DNA of 64,000 bases from Octopus sinensis (lineage: Eukaryota), in the NCBI RefSeq assembly GCF_006345805.1, contig NC_043008.1, forward strand, positions 18,724,001 through 18,788,000, written 5' to 3'. Positions within the stretch are counted from its first letter, which is position 1; the number at the start of each line of letters is the position of its first letter. A program made the position numbers and the translations under genes. The notes beneath the pieces were generated by a model. That model had not been told where the DNA came from. It did no database searches and saw only the letters and a program-made list of their open reading frames with translations. Shown piece after piece: positions 1 through 11,760 of this stretch.

Positions 1-43
1 ATAATGTTATCTGGGAGTGCCACGTCAGTATTGTTGAGAGAAA

Positions 44-85
<42 letters not shown>

Positions 86-100
86 ATCTTTCTCTTTCTT

Positions 101-139
<39 letters not shown>

Positions 140-216
140 CATATATATATAATAATATATATATGCATGTATTCATAGGTATACGTAAGTACTTACATGT
201 ATACGTATATACATAT

Positions 217-960
217 ACGTCCTGTGGGCACAGGACGTCACAAAACATAAATGGAAAACAAGACAAGCAACACAAAAAACGACACTTCGTCAATTGTCAG
301 CTTTTTTCTAATCCGTATTTGGAGCAATTCGCAAGATACACCTTCGATAAAATGGTTGCTCCCGCAAAGCAAATTAAATAAAATTTGCGATTTTACGGAG
401 GGTCAAGTTTGGTGACAAAAATAGAACAGTGAAAATAAACAGGAAGGGCTGCTGAGCCTAAACGCGGTTGTGGTGGCGAACGCGTAAAAACAAGTCTCGA
501 CAGGAGACGGAGAACAATACGATTTCCCTGTTCATCTGAAAGAGGACGAAAGAAAGAAACACAAGTTAGGAGAAGAAAGAAAAATGGCCGATGGACACGT
601 GCGGGCCACGTGAGCAAAGGAGGAAGAATGAGGGAGAGAGAGTGACAGACAGGGAACTGTGAAGCGAAGTGGATAAGATTTGGAAACAGGGCAAGAGAGA
701 AAAAAGAGAGAGGGAGAAGACGAAGCAAAAGAATAAGAGAATTCTGTTGTCGATAACCTGAATATCTGCATATTGCAAGTTCTTCCTCATAAGACAAGTT
801 TAGTAATTGTACTTTTAATATAGTAAACATTAACACCTACACACTCATTCATTTAGCCTCTGTACAACCAACCAATGAAGAAAACAATGCAAAGCTGCTG
901 CGATCTAGCGTTAGAATCGAGAAAGACCGACGTCAAAGACAGCCGCTGTAATGACGTGAC
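217..960. promoter_or_regulatory. CpG-rich, promoter/enhancer-like unique region (tandem E-boxes, CRE-like sites, CCAAT, YY1-like motif)
   Basis: CACGTG at 596-601 and 607-612; AAAATGGCCG at 581-590; CCAAT near 873; CGACGTCA at 928-935; TGACGTGA at 952-959. CpG is frequent compared with the AT-rich surroundings. Confidence 0.45.
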
Positions 961-1032
961 TGTTGCATAAATCCATCGTATTGGACTCGTAATTTCTATA
1001 TTAACGTTGAGCCGAGTATATTTAGCAAGCTA

Positions 1033-1033
1033 T

Positions 1034-1102
<69 letters not shown>

Positions 1103-1151
1103 GAGAGAGATAGAGAGATAGATAGATAGATAGAGAGATAGAGAGACAGAC

Positions 1152-1194
<43 letters not shown>

Positions 1195-1211
1195 GAGATA
1201 GAGAGACAGAC

Positions 1212-1283
<72 letters not shown>
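1033..1283 (+). repeat. (GATA)n microsatellite with an internal 60-bp higher-order duplication
   Basis: Direct reading; the GAGAGACAGACAGATA variant recurs at 1141 and 1201. Confidence 0.95.
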
Positions 1284-1393
1284 TCAGTTGAATTAGGTAC
1301 TTACGTTGAAGCACCAAGTCAGTCTGTTATTATCTGCACAGCTCGAAGTAAGGCAAATAAAATCAAAATAAGCTACAGGATATCAAGCAGTAA

Positions 1394-1702
1394 TGCAGTA
1401 CGACTGCTTCAAACGCCTCAACTTAATTGAACAATGCAATCATTACATCAGCATAAATATAGTGCCATCTTAGGCTGTACAAATAAATATATGGAATTTT
1501 AACAAGTAGGACACAATATAATTTTTGTTAAATATTTTAACAGACTAGAAGATGGAAGGAATTCATCTTGTCGCTATTGTAGCTAAGTATTTCTTAAAAT
1601 TCCATTTATTTATTTGTGCAGTTGAAGATGTCACTGCATTTAAATTGATGTAATGATTGCATTGTTCAATTAAATGGAGCCGCTCGAAACGGTCGTACTG
1701 CA
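1394..1702. mobile_element. Non-autonomous TIR element (MITE), Tc1/mariner-pogo-like termini
   Basis: Imperfect inverted repeats of about 55 bp: TGCAGTACGACTGC...AATTGAACAATGCAATCATTACATCA and TGATGTAATGATTGCATTGTTCAATT...GGTCGTACTGCA. Confidence 0.75.
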
Positions 1703-3630
1703 CAACTACTTTATATCCTGTTGCTTATTTTGATTTATATATATATATACTTTTTCATTTTCCCGAACGTCAAACTAATTCATTTGCTTCGTCTTCTGTT
1801 TTTCTATAAATTTCAACAGTATATATGCGTGTATGTGTGTGTGTTTGTGCTTGTATATATATATGTGTATGAATGCATGTATTTTTACCTATGTATCTGT
1901 GAGTAAGCTCATATGTTTGACGATTCCACATGATTTAGGTGCATCAAATTTGATGATCACGTTGTTACAAGAAAAGATGTATGCATAATTTTTTTACACA
2001 ATGAGGCAAAACCCGAGCCTCCTCGGTGGCAAGGAAGCTTCTTATCAACACTACTGTAACCGTTTTTTAATATATCTATATTATATCAAAAAGACTTCTA
2101 AGTCTAGCCTGCAGGACTTGAGGTATTATTATTACAGTATGTAGATTTGCATATGAAATATAATTAGCTTCGTCAATGAGATAGTAGCTACGACAACCAA
2201 GCATCTGCCACAATTTCAATATGTCTGACTATAGACGTACACGTTGTAACCACATAGGCGCCTTTTTAAACTGCCGTAAACCAAATCGATAGAAAGATTT
2301 TGGTAATGAAATAAATGTATTCTAGAAATAATAATTGAAATTAACGATACAGAAAAATATTCCCTCTTCAGTATAAGTAATGGAAATCTAACGACTATAA
2401 ACAAATAATTAGCAGTGAGATAATATACCAGCATTATTCAATAAATATATTCAGAAGTATATGCACAAAAATATAAAACTTCCAATTAATAAGTACTGAA
2501 GATTTTTCACAAACTATAGAAAAGTACCAAATTAGAATTAAGTGGCATCGATAAGACTTCAACAATAATCAATAAATCCATTTAGGCATAGATGCACAAA
2601 AGAAAAGTTTCAATTAATTGAAAAACAATTATTTTTTTTTAAAAAACAAATTAAGTTTTTGTAAAGTAAGAAATAAACACAATTTACATAAATATATAAA
2701 TATAAAAATACATACACATATATAAACAAATGATATGTGCGTGTTTTTATGTATGTGTATACACGCATATATATATGTATGCATGTATGTAGACAGAGAG
2801 GGAGAGACATAAATACATTTAAATATATCTACATAAATATATAAATATACAGACGAAATATATCTCCACTTTTATACTATAAATGCACATTATTGTATCA
2901 TTATATAGCAATACAACCCACTATTAATTGCCAAATTTTAACAATTCGACAGATTCTCTTCAATACTAAGCAATTAAAACATTATATATATCTTAATACT
3001 GTCTACCACTCTTGTCCCACATTCACTCATTAATAAATTATACACAGCTTACAATTAAGACGTTACGTCCATTTTCAAAATGGCTATATATATATGAAAT
3101 GCCGCTCAGTGTATACAGAATGAATAGATAGAATTCCCTTGGGGAAGTATTGGAAATCCGCTGACGTATTTTAAGTCCTCTTTTCGATTTCTTAGCCTCC
3201 TTGAATAGGAAGATATTGCCGGCTGAAGTATATGCGGTTGTTGATATTTCTTGAAGGGATTTGTCCACTTTGAAGTCGTTTTTTAAACGATTTTGTGCCA
3301 AACATGATTCCAGGGCATTGTAGCGAAAGAGAAAACAAAGAAAGAAATTCATTCAAATAATGTCTATTTACTGGATGTTTAAAGTGCTGAATATCAAAGA
3401 CCAGATGAAAACAAGATAGCGACTGTAAGTTCCAGAGAGCAGCAGTTCAAAGGGAAAATATCCTATTAAAATAAAAAGACTGGTGACTACAAAAAAGCTC
3501 AATGGGGGAAAATACGCCTGGAAAGAGAAGGGAGTAAACACTTAAAAGCCTTAACAGAAGTTGCTAGAACAGGAATTTCATCGGAATGATGACCAAGAAA
3601 ATACTTATTCAAGAGACACATTTTAATAAT

Positions 3631-3801
3631 GGCGGTTGTGTGGTTGTGTGGTAAATAGCTTGATTTCAAACCACATGGTTCCGGTTTCATTCCCACTGCG
3701 TGGCACCTTCGGCAAGTGTCGTCTACTATAACCTCGGGCCGACCAAAGCCTTGTGAGTGGATTTGGTAGAAGGAAACTGAAAGAAGCCCGTCGTATATAT
3801 G

Positions 3802-3854
<53 letters not shown>

Positions 3855-4066
3855 TTGTGTGTCTGTGTTTGTCCCCCCAACATCGCTTGACAACCGATGC
3901 TGGTGTGTTTACGTCCCCGTAACTGAGCGGTTCGGCAAAAGAGACCGGTAGAATAAGTACTAGCCTTATAAAGAATAAGTCCTGGGATCGATTTGCTCGA
4001 CTAAAGGCGGTGCTCCAGCATGGCCGCAGTCAAATGACTGACACAAGTAAAATAGTAAAAGAGTAA
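3631..4066 (+). mobile_element. SINE family B, full-length (tRNA-like head, CORE-like CCTTGGGCAAG block, internal TA/TG microsatellite, AGTAAAAG tail)
   Basis: Colinear with the copies at 41130-41590 and 52010-52430 and with fragments on the minus strand. Confidence 0.85.
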
Positions 4067-4189
4067 TGAGTCCCAATGCCCCACACAATTGAAAGAAATA
4101 TCGCTATGTTAACAACACGACGCTGAATTCATTCACGCAAGTACAGGTACTCAGCGAACTCACCAACCCCAAAATAACAACAATATTCT

Positions 4190-4517
4190 ATACAAAACAT
4201 TGCGTACAACCCATTGCCTCGTCGCCGTAAACTTACCGAAGCATGCTCGTTTTCTCTGTAACAGACTTCCCAAGTTTAACGCAAAATTTCATGTTGGTTC
4301 TCATTTCCGACTTGCTGTCCATGACAAATATCGCAAACTACAGCATACACGTTGTCACAAAAACACAAATTTCATAACTAGCGAGGTAAATACAGTGGTG
4401 TCACTCAGCACATTGTCTCATGAGGTTCACTGCTAGTTCTCACTGCACACGCAACTGTGTGCTGCCATCTGTTGGCGTGCCCCAGAAGTAGTCCGGGGCC
4501 TTTTTGATACCACCTCG
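4190..4517 (-). mobile_element. Mariner transposon 5' end (TIR plus decayed transposase N-terminus)
   Basis: TA-CGAGGTGGTATCAAAAAG terminus. Minus-strand ATG at 4322 reads MDSKSEMRTNMKFCVKLGKSVTEKTSMLR*VYGDEAMGCTQCF, typical of the mariner N-terminal HTH region. Confidence 0.85.
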
Positions 4518-4884
4518 TACATACCTGAACATTAATTCTGTAGATATCCTAAAACTTTATTGAACCATATTTGGTCAAATTCAGAATTCTTCCTCCTCAC
4601 CAGAAAAAATATTTAAAAGATGTGGTTGGATAGCATCATTTATTGAGGGACAGATAAGCTATTTTGTGGCATTAATTACGTTTGGACGATATATATTCCA
4701 AATTTGAATCTTGTGCATCGAAACTGTCGACTAAAACCTCAACTTTTATATGCTAGAAACCTACATCAATGATAAATAAGTAAATATTCAACTCAAATTC
4801 CTATCATTTGCCATTTGAGTCATTTCGCCTTAGATCCCATTATTTTCAATCTGTTTCTAAATTTTAAGTAAGTGAACTGATAAA

Positions 4885-4985
4885 ATTGTCGGAACGCCGG
4901 GCAAAATGCTAGACAACATTTCGTCCGTCTTTAAGTTCTGTGTTCAAATTCTGCCAAGATTAACTTTCATCTTTTCGGAGATGGT
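4885..4985 (+). mobile_element. SINE family A, degenerate 5' part
   Basis: ACGCCGGGCAAAATGC...GTTCAAATTCTGCC matches the family A head and B box. Confidence 0.7.
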
Positions 4986-5300
4986 GACATAAGTACCAGT
5001 TGTACGCTAGGGGGTCGATGAAATAAGTATCAGTTGTACTCTGGGGTTGATGAAATCAGTACGATTTATACGCTGGGGTCGATGAAATAAGTAGCAGTTG
5101 TTTACTGGAGTCGATGGAATCATTACCAGTTATACGCTAGGGGTTCGATGGAATAAGTACCAGTTGTACGCTAGCGTCCATGAAATAAGTGCCAGTTGTA
5201 CACAGGGGTCGATGGAATAAGTACCAATTGTACACAGGGGTCGATGGAATAAGTACCAGTTGTACGCTGGGGTCAATGAAATAAGTACCAGTTGTACACC
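4985..5300 (+). repeat. Minisatellite, about 10 units of ~32 bp (GGGGTCGATGAAATAAGTACCAGTTGTACGCT), derived from SINE-A
   Basis: Contiguous tandem units without spacers; the unit equals the SINE-A segment between its two GGGGTCGAT motifs. Confidence 0.9.
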
Positions 5301-7084
5301 AGTCTATATCCTCCCAAAATTTGAAATCAACATATTGCTTGCTGTATGCAGAATCTGTACAACCCCGTGATTGGCTAAGTGAACTATACTTGTTATTATA
5401 AATAAACATACGCAGAACAGTCTGAGCAGAGTATCATATGCGCAGTCATAGTGTACAGGTCGTAGAAATTATTGAATAGAGATATCGAGGAGTGCTTGTT
5501 GAAGATACACAGTTGGGAAGTAATAAGAGATCATCAGGAACATTCGATATTATAACAGTTCAGATATAACAGTGACGACGAGAAGTCGTACGTCATATCA
5601 TTTCTGAAATCTTATTTAATTTGTAGCCTCTTTGCTGTGTTGTGTTTCATCCAAATTTATACTAATGACTCATTTAGACGTATTAGTTTTTACTACTTTC
5701 TTTAAATTCTATTAAATTTAATTTGTAGTCTTGCTCTAATTTAAGCACATTGTTACTGATAAGTACTGTAGTGGCCAATTTGAGTGATTACTCTTCCCAT
5801 TATTTTTTAATTATGCAAATATTTTTTTTTACACTATGTATATATTTTTTCACTTGAACAGAAGGATCGGTTAGATAGTCATATACTGATGAGTTCAAAT
5901 AGACTAAGACATGGTTTATCCTTACATAGAAATATCCTACTATCATTCAGATATAAATTCTTAATGTCTTGAAATTATTTCCCCTTTCTTTATGAATTAC
6001 TAATAATCGCCGCTAGGTTATAGCTTCCTTTCCCCGACTAAGAGAGAAATTTCAAATAAATTAAGAACTGCCTGTGTATGACATTCAGTACATCATCTGT
6101 TAGCTGTTAGATAAATGGTGATGGCATATTAAATAAGATTGTTTCAATTCTGCGTTGAATAAAAGGTCGCGAGTGCAAGCAGAATATATTCATATGCCTG
6201 GCGCCTGACGAATAAACAATTCAAATCACAGTACGTCACACACACATACACACATCGAAGTAATGATGAGGTTGCAAGATCAACAAATTATTTTATTACT
6301 TCTAATATATTTAGATTGGTGATGTATTTGATGTTTTTCTCACAAAGCTTCTTACTGTTTTTATCTCCTTCTCTTCTTTCCATTTGTCTCAACAGATTTT
6401 AAAACTCTTCTCCCAGACATTATTTATTATTATAATTAGAACTGTCATTTGATTATATACTGAAGCACATTTCCGGAAATATCAACTACTATTAGTTAGA
6501 ATGTGTCTGTAGTTAGACCTCGTAGATTTAAAAACAATCAGAAACATTCTAGATTTTTTTTTTCTGTCGAACAGGAAGACACAATGAGAACTAATAACAG
6601 AAACTAATATTTTTCAAAACAATCCTGGAAGTAAATACTGTGTTGTTATTATTTAATTATACTCAGTTTTTATCGTAATTCTAAATTTTAGTTCGACAGT
6701 CAAGTATAATTTAAAATACTGTAAAGAATAGATTTTTCTGTCTTTGTTGTTCATTTTGTTTTTTCATCAAGAGAAGCTGTAGAGCATTAAAGAAGCTACC
6801 TCTACCTCTTTTAACTTTTGATTTCGAATCTCCACGAAGTTGACTTTGCTTGATATCGTTCTGAGATTTAAGTAACATACACCGGCGTTATCATAATTCA
6901 GTTTTTTCTATTGCAAAAATTGAGAGTTAATGCCTATATTATAAATAGTTAGATGTATCATATGGTATTCTTATAATTATCAGGGCTGCACATAGCAGAG
7001 ATTTTAAAGAGGCACTCTCCTCAAAATTGCAAGCATTGTGTCATTATTATTTTCCCGATATCTAATATTCTATATTGGTTTCAA

Positions 7085-7285
7085 ATTTTGGCACTAAGCC
7101 AGCAATTTCGGCGGAGAGAGTAAGTGATTAGCTGATACCTATTTGATCAATTTAGAATGGATAACAGACAAACTTGACGCCGATGGAGTTTGAATTCAGA
7201 AAATAATCACGGACGAAATGCCGAAATGCCACAAAGTATTTTAACCGGTGTACTATCGATTCTGGTAGTTCGCCACCTTTAATCC
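7085..7285 (-). mobile_element. SINE family A, old diverged copy
   Basis: Reverse match to the family A head, B box and older 3' tail. Confidence 0.6.
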
Positions 7286-7309
7286 AATATTGAATATTAT
7301 AAAACAAAG

Positions 7310-7570
<261 letters not shown>

Positions 7571-7689
7571 AAATATTTAGGCATAATAAAAAATATCAGA
7601 ACCTAAAAATATAACACATATTTTCGGACATAATTATTAAACTGAGTCAGCAAAAGAGTAACGCAGTTGTTTGATTGATTTGAGAGATT

Positions 7690-7940
7690 CTCTTCAGAAA
7701 CTTGCGTGGTAGACGGTAAAGAAAGTATTTTCTTAAAATGTATTTCAAAAGTATGGAGAGAAGTGCTAGGCATAATTCTAACTGAAAAGTGACGGGGTGC
7801 CGAATATCTGTTATACCTTTGTACAAAAGGTATAGAAGCGGTGGCTGGTTGTTTTCGTCAACATGGCATGTTGCAAACGTTAATAAAAGATGGATGGCAC
7901 AGCAGAAAGATGATAAGAAATAAGAAAGAAAGGCCTTAAA
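7690..7940 (+). mobile_element. Possible highly decayed RTE-clade LINE ORF C-terminal fragment
   Basis: One frame reads SETCVV...WREVLGIILTEK*RGAE...GW...KKERP, loosely matching the RTE C-terminal pattern (SETW...LGI.L.DK.R...W...RGRP). Confidence 0.3.
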
Positions 7941-8693
7941 TACTGCTTTAAGGAACCTCAACTCTCATCTTTGGAAGCTGGGGAGCATTTTTGATATAAA
8001 CAGTGAATACATGTGCTTGATTGCTTGTGTGTATGAAAATGATAAGATAGCATTTTTTATATGAGGTTTATTTTTTGTGAAGAGCCGAATCAAAAATCTT
8101 AGCGATGTTTATTTAAATTTATCTATTGAATTATTTTTATAAATTTATTGTGTCCAAATATGACGATGTCAAAGTAGTTAATTAACGGAAAATCTGCTAC
8201 GCTGTGTCATGTTGAATGATTTTTAAAGGGTTTTCTCTCATAATTTACCTTAAGGGCTTATTACATGCATTTAATAAACCAATTAGTCTATTGTAGTGAT
8301 TTAACGCCAGCAGCTAAATACTTTTGATGTATAAGAAATGTTCGGCGATTTTTCAAATAGCAGAAAAATTTTGAGCATTAAAAAGAGAGTAAATTAATAT
8401 GAAGGCTTTAGCTACTTCGAATGCCAATCTTTGATGTAATTTTGCGCAATAACATCAGGAACAAAATATGATCAAGACGATTTTATATGACCATAAAATA
8501 TTCTGACGTTTAAATAAAAGGAGTTCAGTTTTTAAGCCTCAACTTCTTAATATTTAGATATTTTAATATTCAAATTTAGATCAAGCCTATTCTCTGCGAA
8601 GATAAACACACGGAGAAGATAAAAATATAAATTCATGCGTTTCATCAAAATTGTTAAGAAGACTAGAATTGTTATCGTCGGTTATTAAAGGTA

Positions 8694-8912
8694 CAGTATT
8701 CCCTCAACTATCGCAGGTGTTACGTTCCAACAACCCCCGCGATAGGTGAAAATCCGCGAAGTAGATACAGTACTGTACTATAATTTTTTTTTGTTTTTAT
8801 AATTTCTGTATATTTATTCTATTATAAATGTAAAACAACATCACGGAGGAATTGCCGTAAGCTTAAATAATAAACCGCGATAAGTGAACCGCGATATGAC
8901 GAGGGATAACTG
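8694..8912. mobile_element. Tigger/pogo-like MITE
   Basis: TA|CAGTATTCCCTCAACTATCGC ... GCGATATGACGAGGGATAACTG|TA; second copy at 21311-21532. Confidence 0.85.
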
Positions 8913-8974
8913 TACTGAATTTTATCTTGACTTTACAAGGTTTCAACATTTTCCAATATTAAGGCTGTCCTCTG

Positions 8975-9175
8975 GTAGAATCGTTAATACGCAGGGCAAA
9001 ATGTTCAGTGACATTGGGTCCGTCTTTACGTTCTGAATTCAAATACCGTGGATGTCGAATTTGTCTTTTGTCCTTTCAAGGTCGATAAAATAATAGCCAG
9101 AGCACTGGAGTTGATGTAATCGACGTAACTTCTACCTAAAACTTGCTTGACTTGTGCCAACATTTGAAATCAGTA
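8975..9175 (+). mobile_element. SINE family A, old copy
   Basis: GGTAGAATCGTTA...GTTCTGAATTCAAATACC...GGTCGATAAAATAA. Confidence 0.7.
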
Positions 9176-9394
9176 TTTCCAATGTTTTACTCTTCGTAAT
9201 ATCATTTTTCAGAGTAATAAATATTGCATTTCTTCAATGTTATTCCATCTCTAATTAATGCTAATTCTACTTTTAAGCGATTCTTTTTGTTTAAATATTT
9301 CCTGTACATGTTACGTTTTTCAACAGTATATAACGACCATTTGGAATAAATTTGAGAGTCACGAAAGTGCAGAATACTAAATTTTTGGATATTT

Positions 9395-9725
9395 CAAGGC
9401 ACATGCGTTTCTCTGAGTGGATTTGGTAGACGAAAAGTGAAAGAAGCCCGTCGTTTATACGTATATAATATATATGTGTGTGTGTGTGTGTGTGTGCGTG
9501 TGTGTGTGTGTGTCTGTGTCTGTGTGTCTGTGTGTGTGTGTCTGTGTGTGTGTGTCTGTGAATTTGTGTATGTGTGTGTCCGTAGCTTAGCGGTTCGGCA
9601 AAAGGAACCGATGAAATAATTACCTGGCTTAAAATGAATGTCCTGCAAGCGATTTCTCTGACAAGAGTGCGGTGCTCCAGCATGGACGCAGTCAATTAAT
9701 GAAGCAAGTAAAAGAATAGAAGAAT
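9395..9725 (+). mobile_element. SINE family B, 5'-truncated, with internal TG repeat
   Basis: GTGAGTGGATTTGGTAGACG...GAAGCCCGTCG-[TA/TG]...CTTAGCGGTTCGGCAAAA...GGTGCTCCAGCATGG. Confidence 0.8.
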
Positions 9726-10572
9726 GGTGCAAGAAACCTTGATACCACTTAAAATTAGGTAATGTGCGAAAGATAGAGAGAGAAACACTTTTCTTTTGCA
9801 AACAGAATTTTTTGGAAATAATTGAATTCTCTTCGAAATTTAAAAGAATATATAAAAAATAATCTGATATAAATAATATCAGTAATTATAATTTTTTTAG
9901 AAATTATGAAGACTGGTTTGTGAAAATTAAATCAACGGCATTATCATTGATCTGGACTGATTCCTAAATCTAGTCATGAAATCACGAACCCTTTATCGTC
10001 TCTGTTTATCTCAAATTAGGTCATTCTATTCAGGTCAGAAAATTAATGTCAACATAAAAAAATGACATAAACAAGATTGAGTTAAAGTATAAAATATTTA
10101 AATATGGCGTATCTCTTCATTTGCTAATTGGCTTAATGGCAAAAACTGGGGACATATAAATGTAAAGTTAATTGGAATACAAAATTTTACATCAAATAAA
10201 TTTCAAGTTTTGAGACGTCTGAATAATTAGTATTTTATATTCAATAAGAACTAATATACAAATCTCTCCACTCGCCTTTAATTACCCAGATCGTCAGATA
10301 TCTCTGCCATCAAAATATAATTTCCGGCAACAGTGCTGAAATGGTCATCATAAATATTAAGTCAAAATTCAGTAATCAAGAATATTTAATTTGGATACGG
10401 AGTAGGGAAAATAAAATATTTTTCCTTAATGAAATTCAGTAATAATTTTGTAACTAGAACTATGATTTCGTTCTGGACTTAGTACCAGTTTTCTATTGAA
10501 ATATTTTATATATTTATTGTATCCAAAGCGTTTCCACGTCTATGTTATTAATTTCCATGCCAATGTTGTTAA

Positions 10573-10960
10573 TCTCTCTCTATATAAACGGCAGTTTGTC
10601 TGTGCGTGTTTCTGTGTGTCTGTTTTCTCGTACCCTCACCCTGACCACGGCTTTCAACCGATTCTGATGAAACTTGACACACACATAGCCCAATGTCATA
10701 ATTCAAAACTAACGCAGCAAAAATTTTGAAAAGTTCCCCCAGTTCTGAAAAAAATCGATAAATTCGACATGGGGTCGAGAATAAAAAAAAACAAACCACA
10801 GACTGTCTAGGGGACGCAACTCAACCTTTTATTACTCTCAAAAAAAAAATTTACCATCATTTTTTTTCCATTTTTTGGCTATTTTTTGACTATAACTCTC
10901 TAAAAATGCTTTATAGTTATTTCCCTTACAAACCTGAGCAACGCCGGGCGATACTGCTAG
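10573..10960 (+). mobile_element. Non-autonomous Helitron
   Basis: A|TC 5' end, subterminal hairpin (CCTG/CCCG AGCAACGC CGGG) and CTAG|T 3' end; the 3' ~60 bp is shared with 59492-59890. Confidence 0.8.
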
Positions 10961-11060
10961 TTAACTGTAAAATCTAATTACATAGTTTTTATTATCAACT
11001 TTCCACCAATCTCAATCAAATATATACATCGCCATGAAATGTACGAAATATACCCCCATA

Positions 11061-11165
11061 CTATGAGTGGCCTGCTGTTGAGAAAGACATCAACCGCTCT
11101 GCCTCTAGCACCAAAATCGAGGAGTTGTTCGAAGATCTTAACAGGAACTCAGTAAGGAACACATG
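11061..11165 (+). mobile_element. Tc1/mariner (maT/DD37D-like) transposase C-terminal remnant
   Basis: YEWPAVEKDINRSASSTKIEELFEDLNRNSVRNTC resembles the post-catalytic segment (YVW..VE...N......DL.R..V..AC), like the remnant at 33110-33650. Confidence 0.6.
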
Positions 11166-11199
11166 CACCATGAATTCCGGACTGAAAATCCTCCAGAAC

Positions 11200-11500
11200 A
11201 GGTCAGCCTTTTAATTTTCATTGATGATCTGGGTTTCCCCGAGCACGTCGTCGTATTTACCCGCGAAAAGTCCTCTACAGAACCCCTTGGTGGAACATCT
11301 AGCGACCACATGGCTCAACTGGCAGGATGCTGTGTGCACCCCACGGAATTCTATTTCCCAGACGCACTGTCTCCGTCTCTATTTGATCCAGGACTGCAAC
11401 TCAGTTTAAGTGACGATCTGGGGAGACGCGGATCAACCAAGCGGCGATCGCACTGCTCACAGTTAACCAAACGCTTCGAGATGCCGCAGCCGCAATACGC
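11200..11500 (-). mobile_element. GC-rich island, possible decayed RTE LINE C-terminal fragment
   Basis: Minus-strand frames give LRHLEAF, LSHVVAR...GLFAG and RRRARGNP, loosely matching RTE motifs (LEAF, GHVAR, RR.RGRP). Confidence 0.4.
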
Positions 11501-11525
11501 TTCCTTAGATATATTCAGTCGTCAA

Positions 11526-11760
11526 GGCGGCGAGCAGGCAGAATCGTTAGCACGCCGGGCGAAATGCTTTGCAGTATTTCGTCCGCCGCTGCGTTCTAAG
11601 TTCAAATTCCGCTGAGGTCGACTTTGCCTTTCATCCTTTCGGGGTCGATTAAATAAGTACCAGTTACGCACTGGGGTCGATATAATCGACTTAATCCGTT
11701 TGTCTGTCCTTGTTTGTCCCCTCTGTGTTTAGCCCCTTGTGGGTAGTAAAGAAATAGGTA
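11526..11760 (+). mobile_element. SINE family A, young full-length copy (tail ...GGTAGTAAAGAAATAGGTA)
   Basis: GGCGGCGAGC.GGCAGAA head, GTTCAAATTCC B box; near-identical to other young copies. Confidence 0.9.

Noticed and set aside
393-836. 147-aa minus-strand ORF with a strong TTTCAG acceptor near 534
   Set aside because: The pyrimidine richness reflects the GA-rich plus strand; no recognisable domain and no donor site.
4985-5300. CRISPR-like ~32-bp repeats
   Set aside because: Units are contiguous with no unique spacers, derive from a SINE, and there are no cas genes; the context is eukaryotic.
5886-5915. CTGATGAGTTCAAATAGACTAAG, resembling a Schistosoma-type hammerhead stem II
   Set aside because: No GAAA core and no stem I or III; may be chance.
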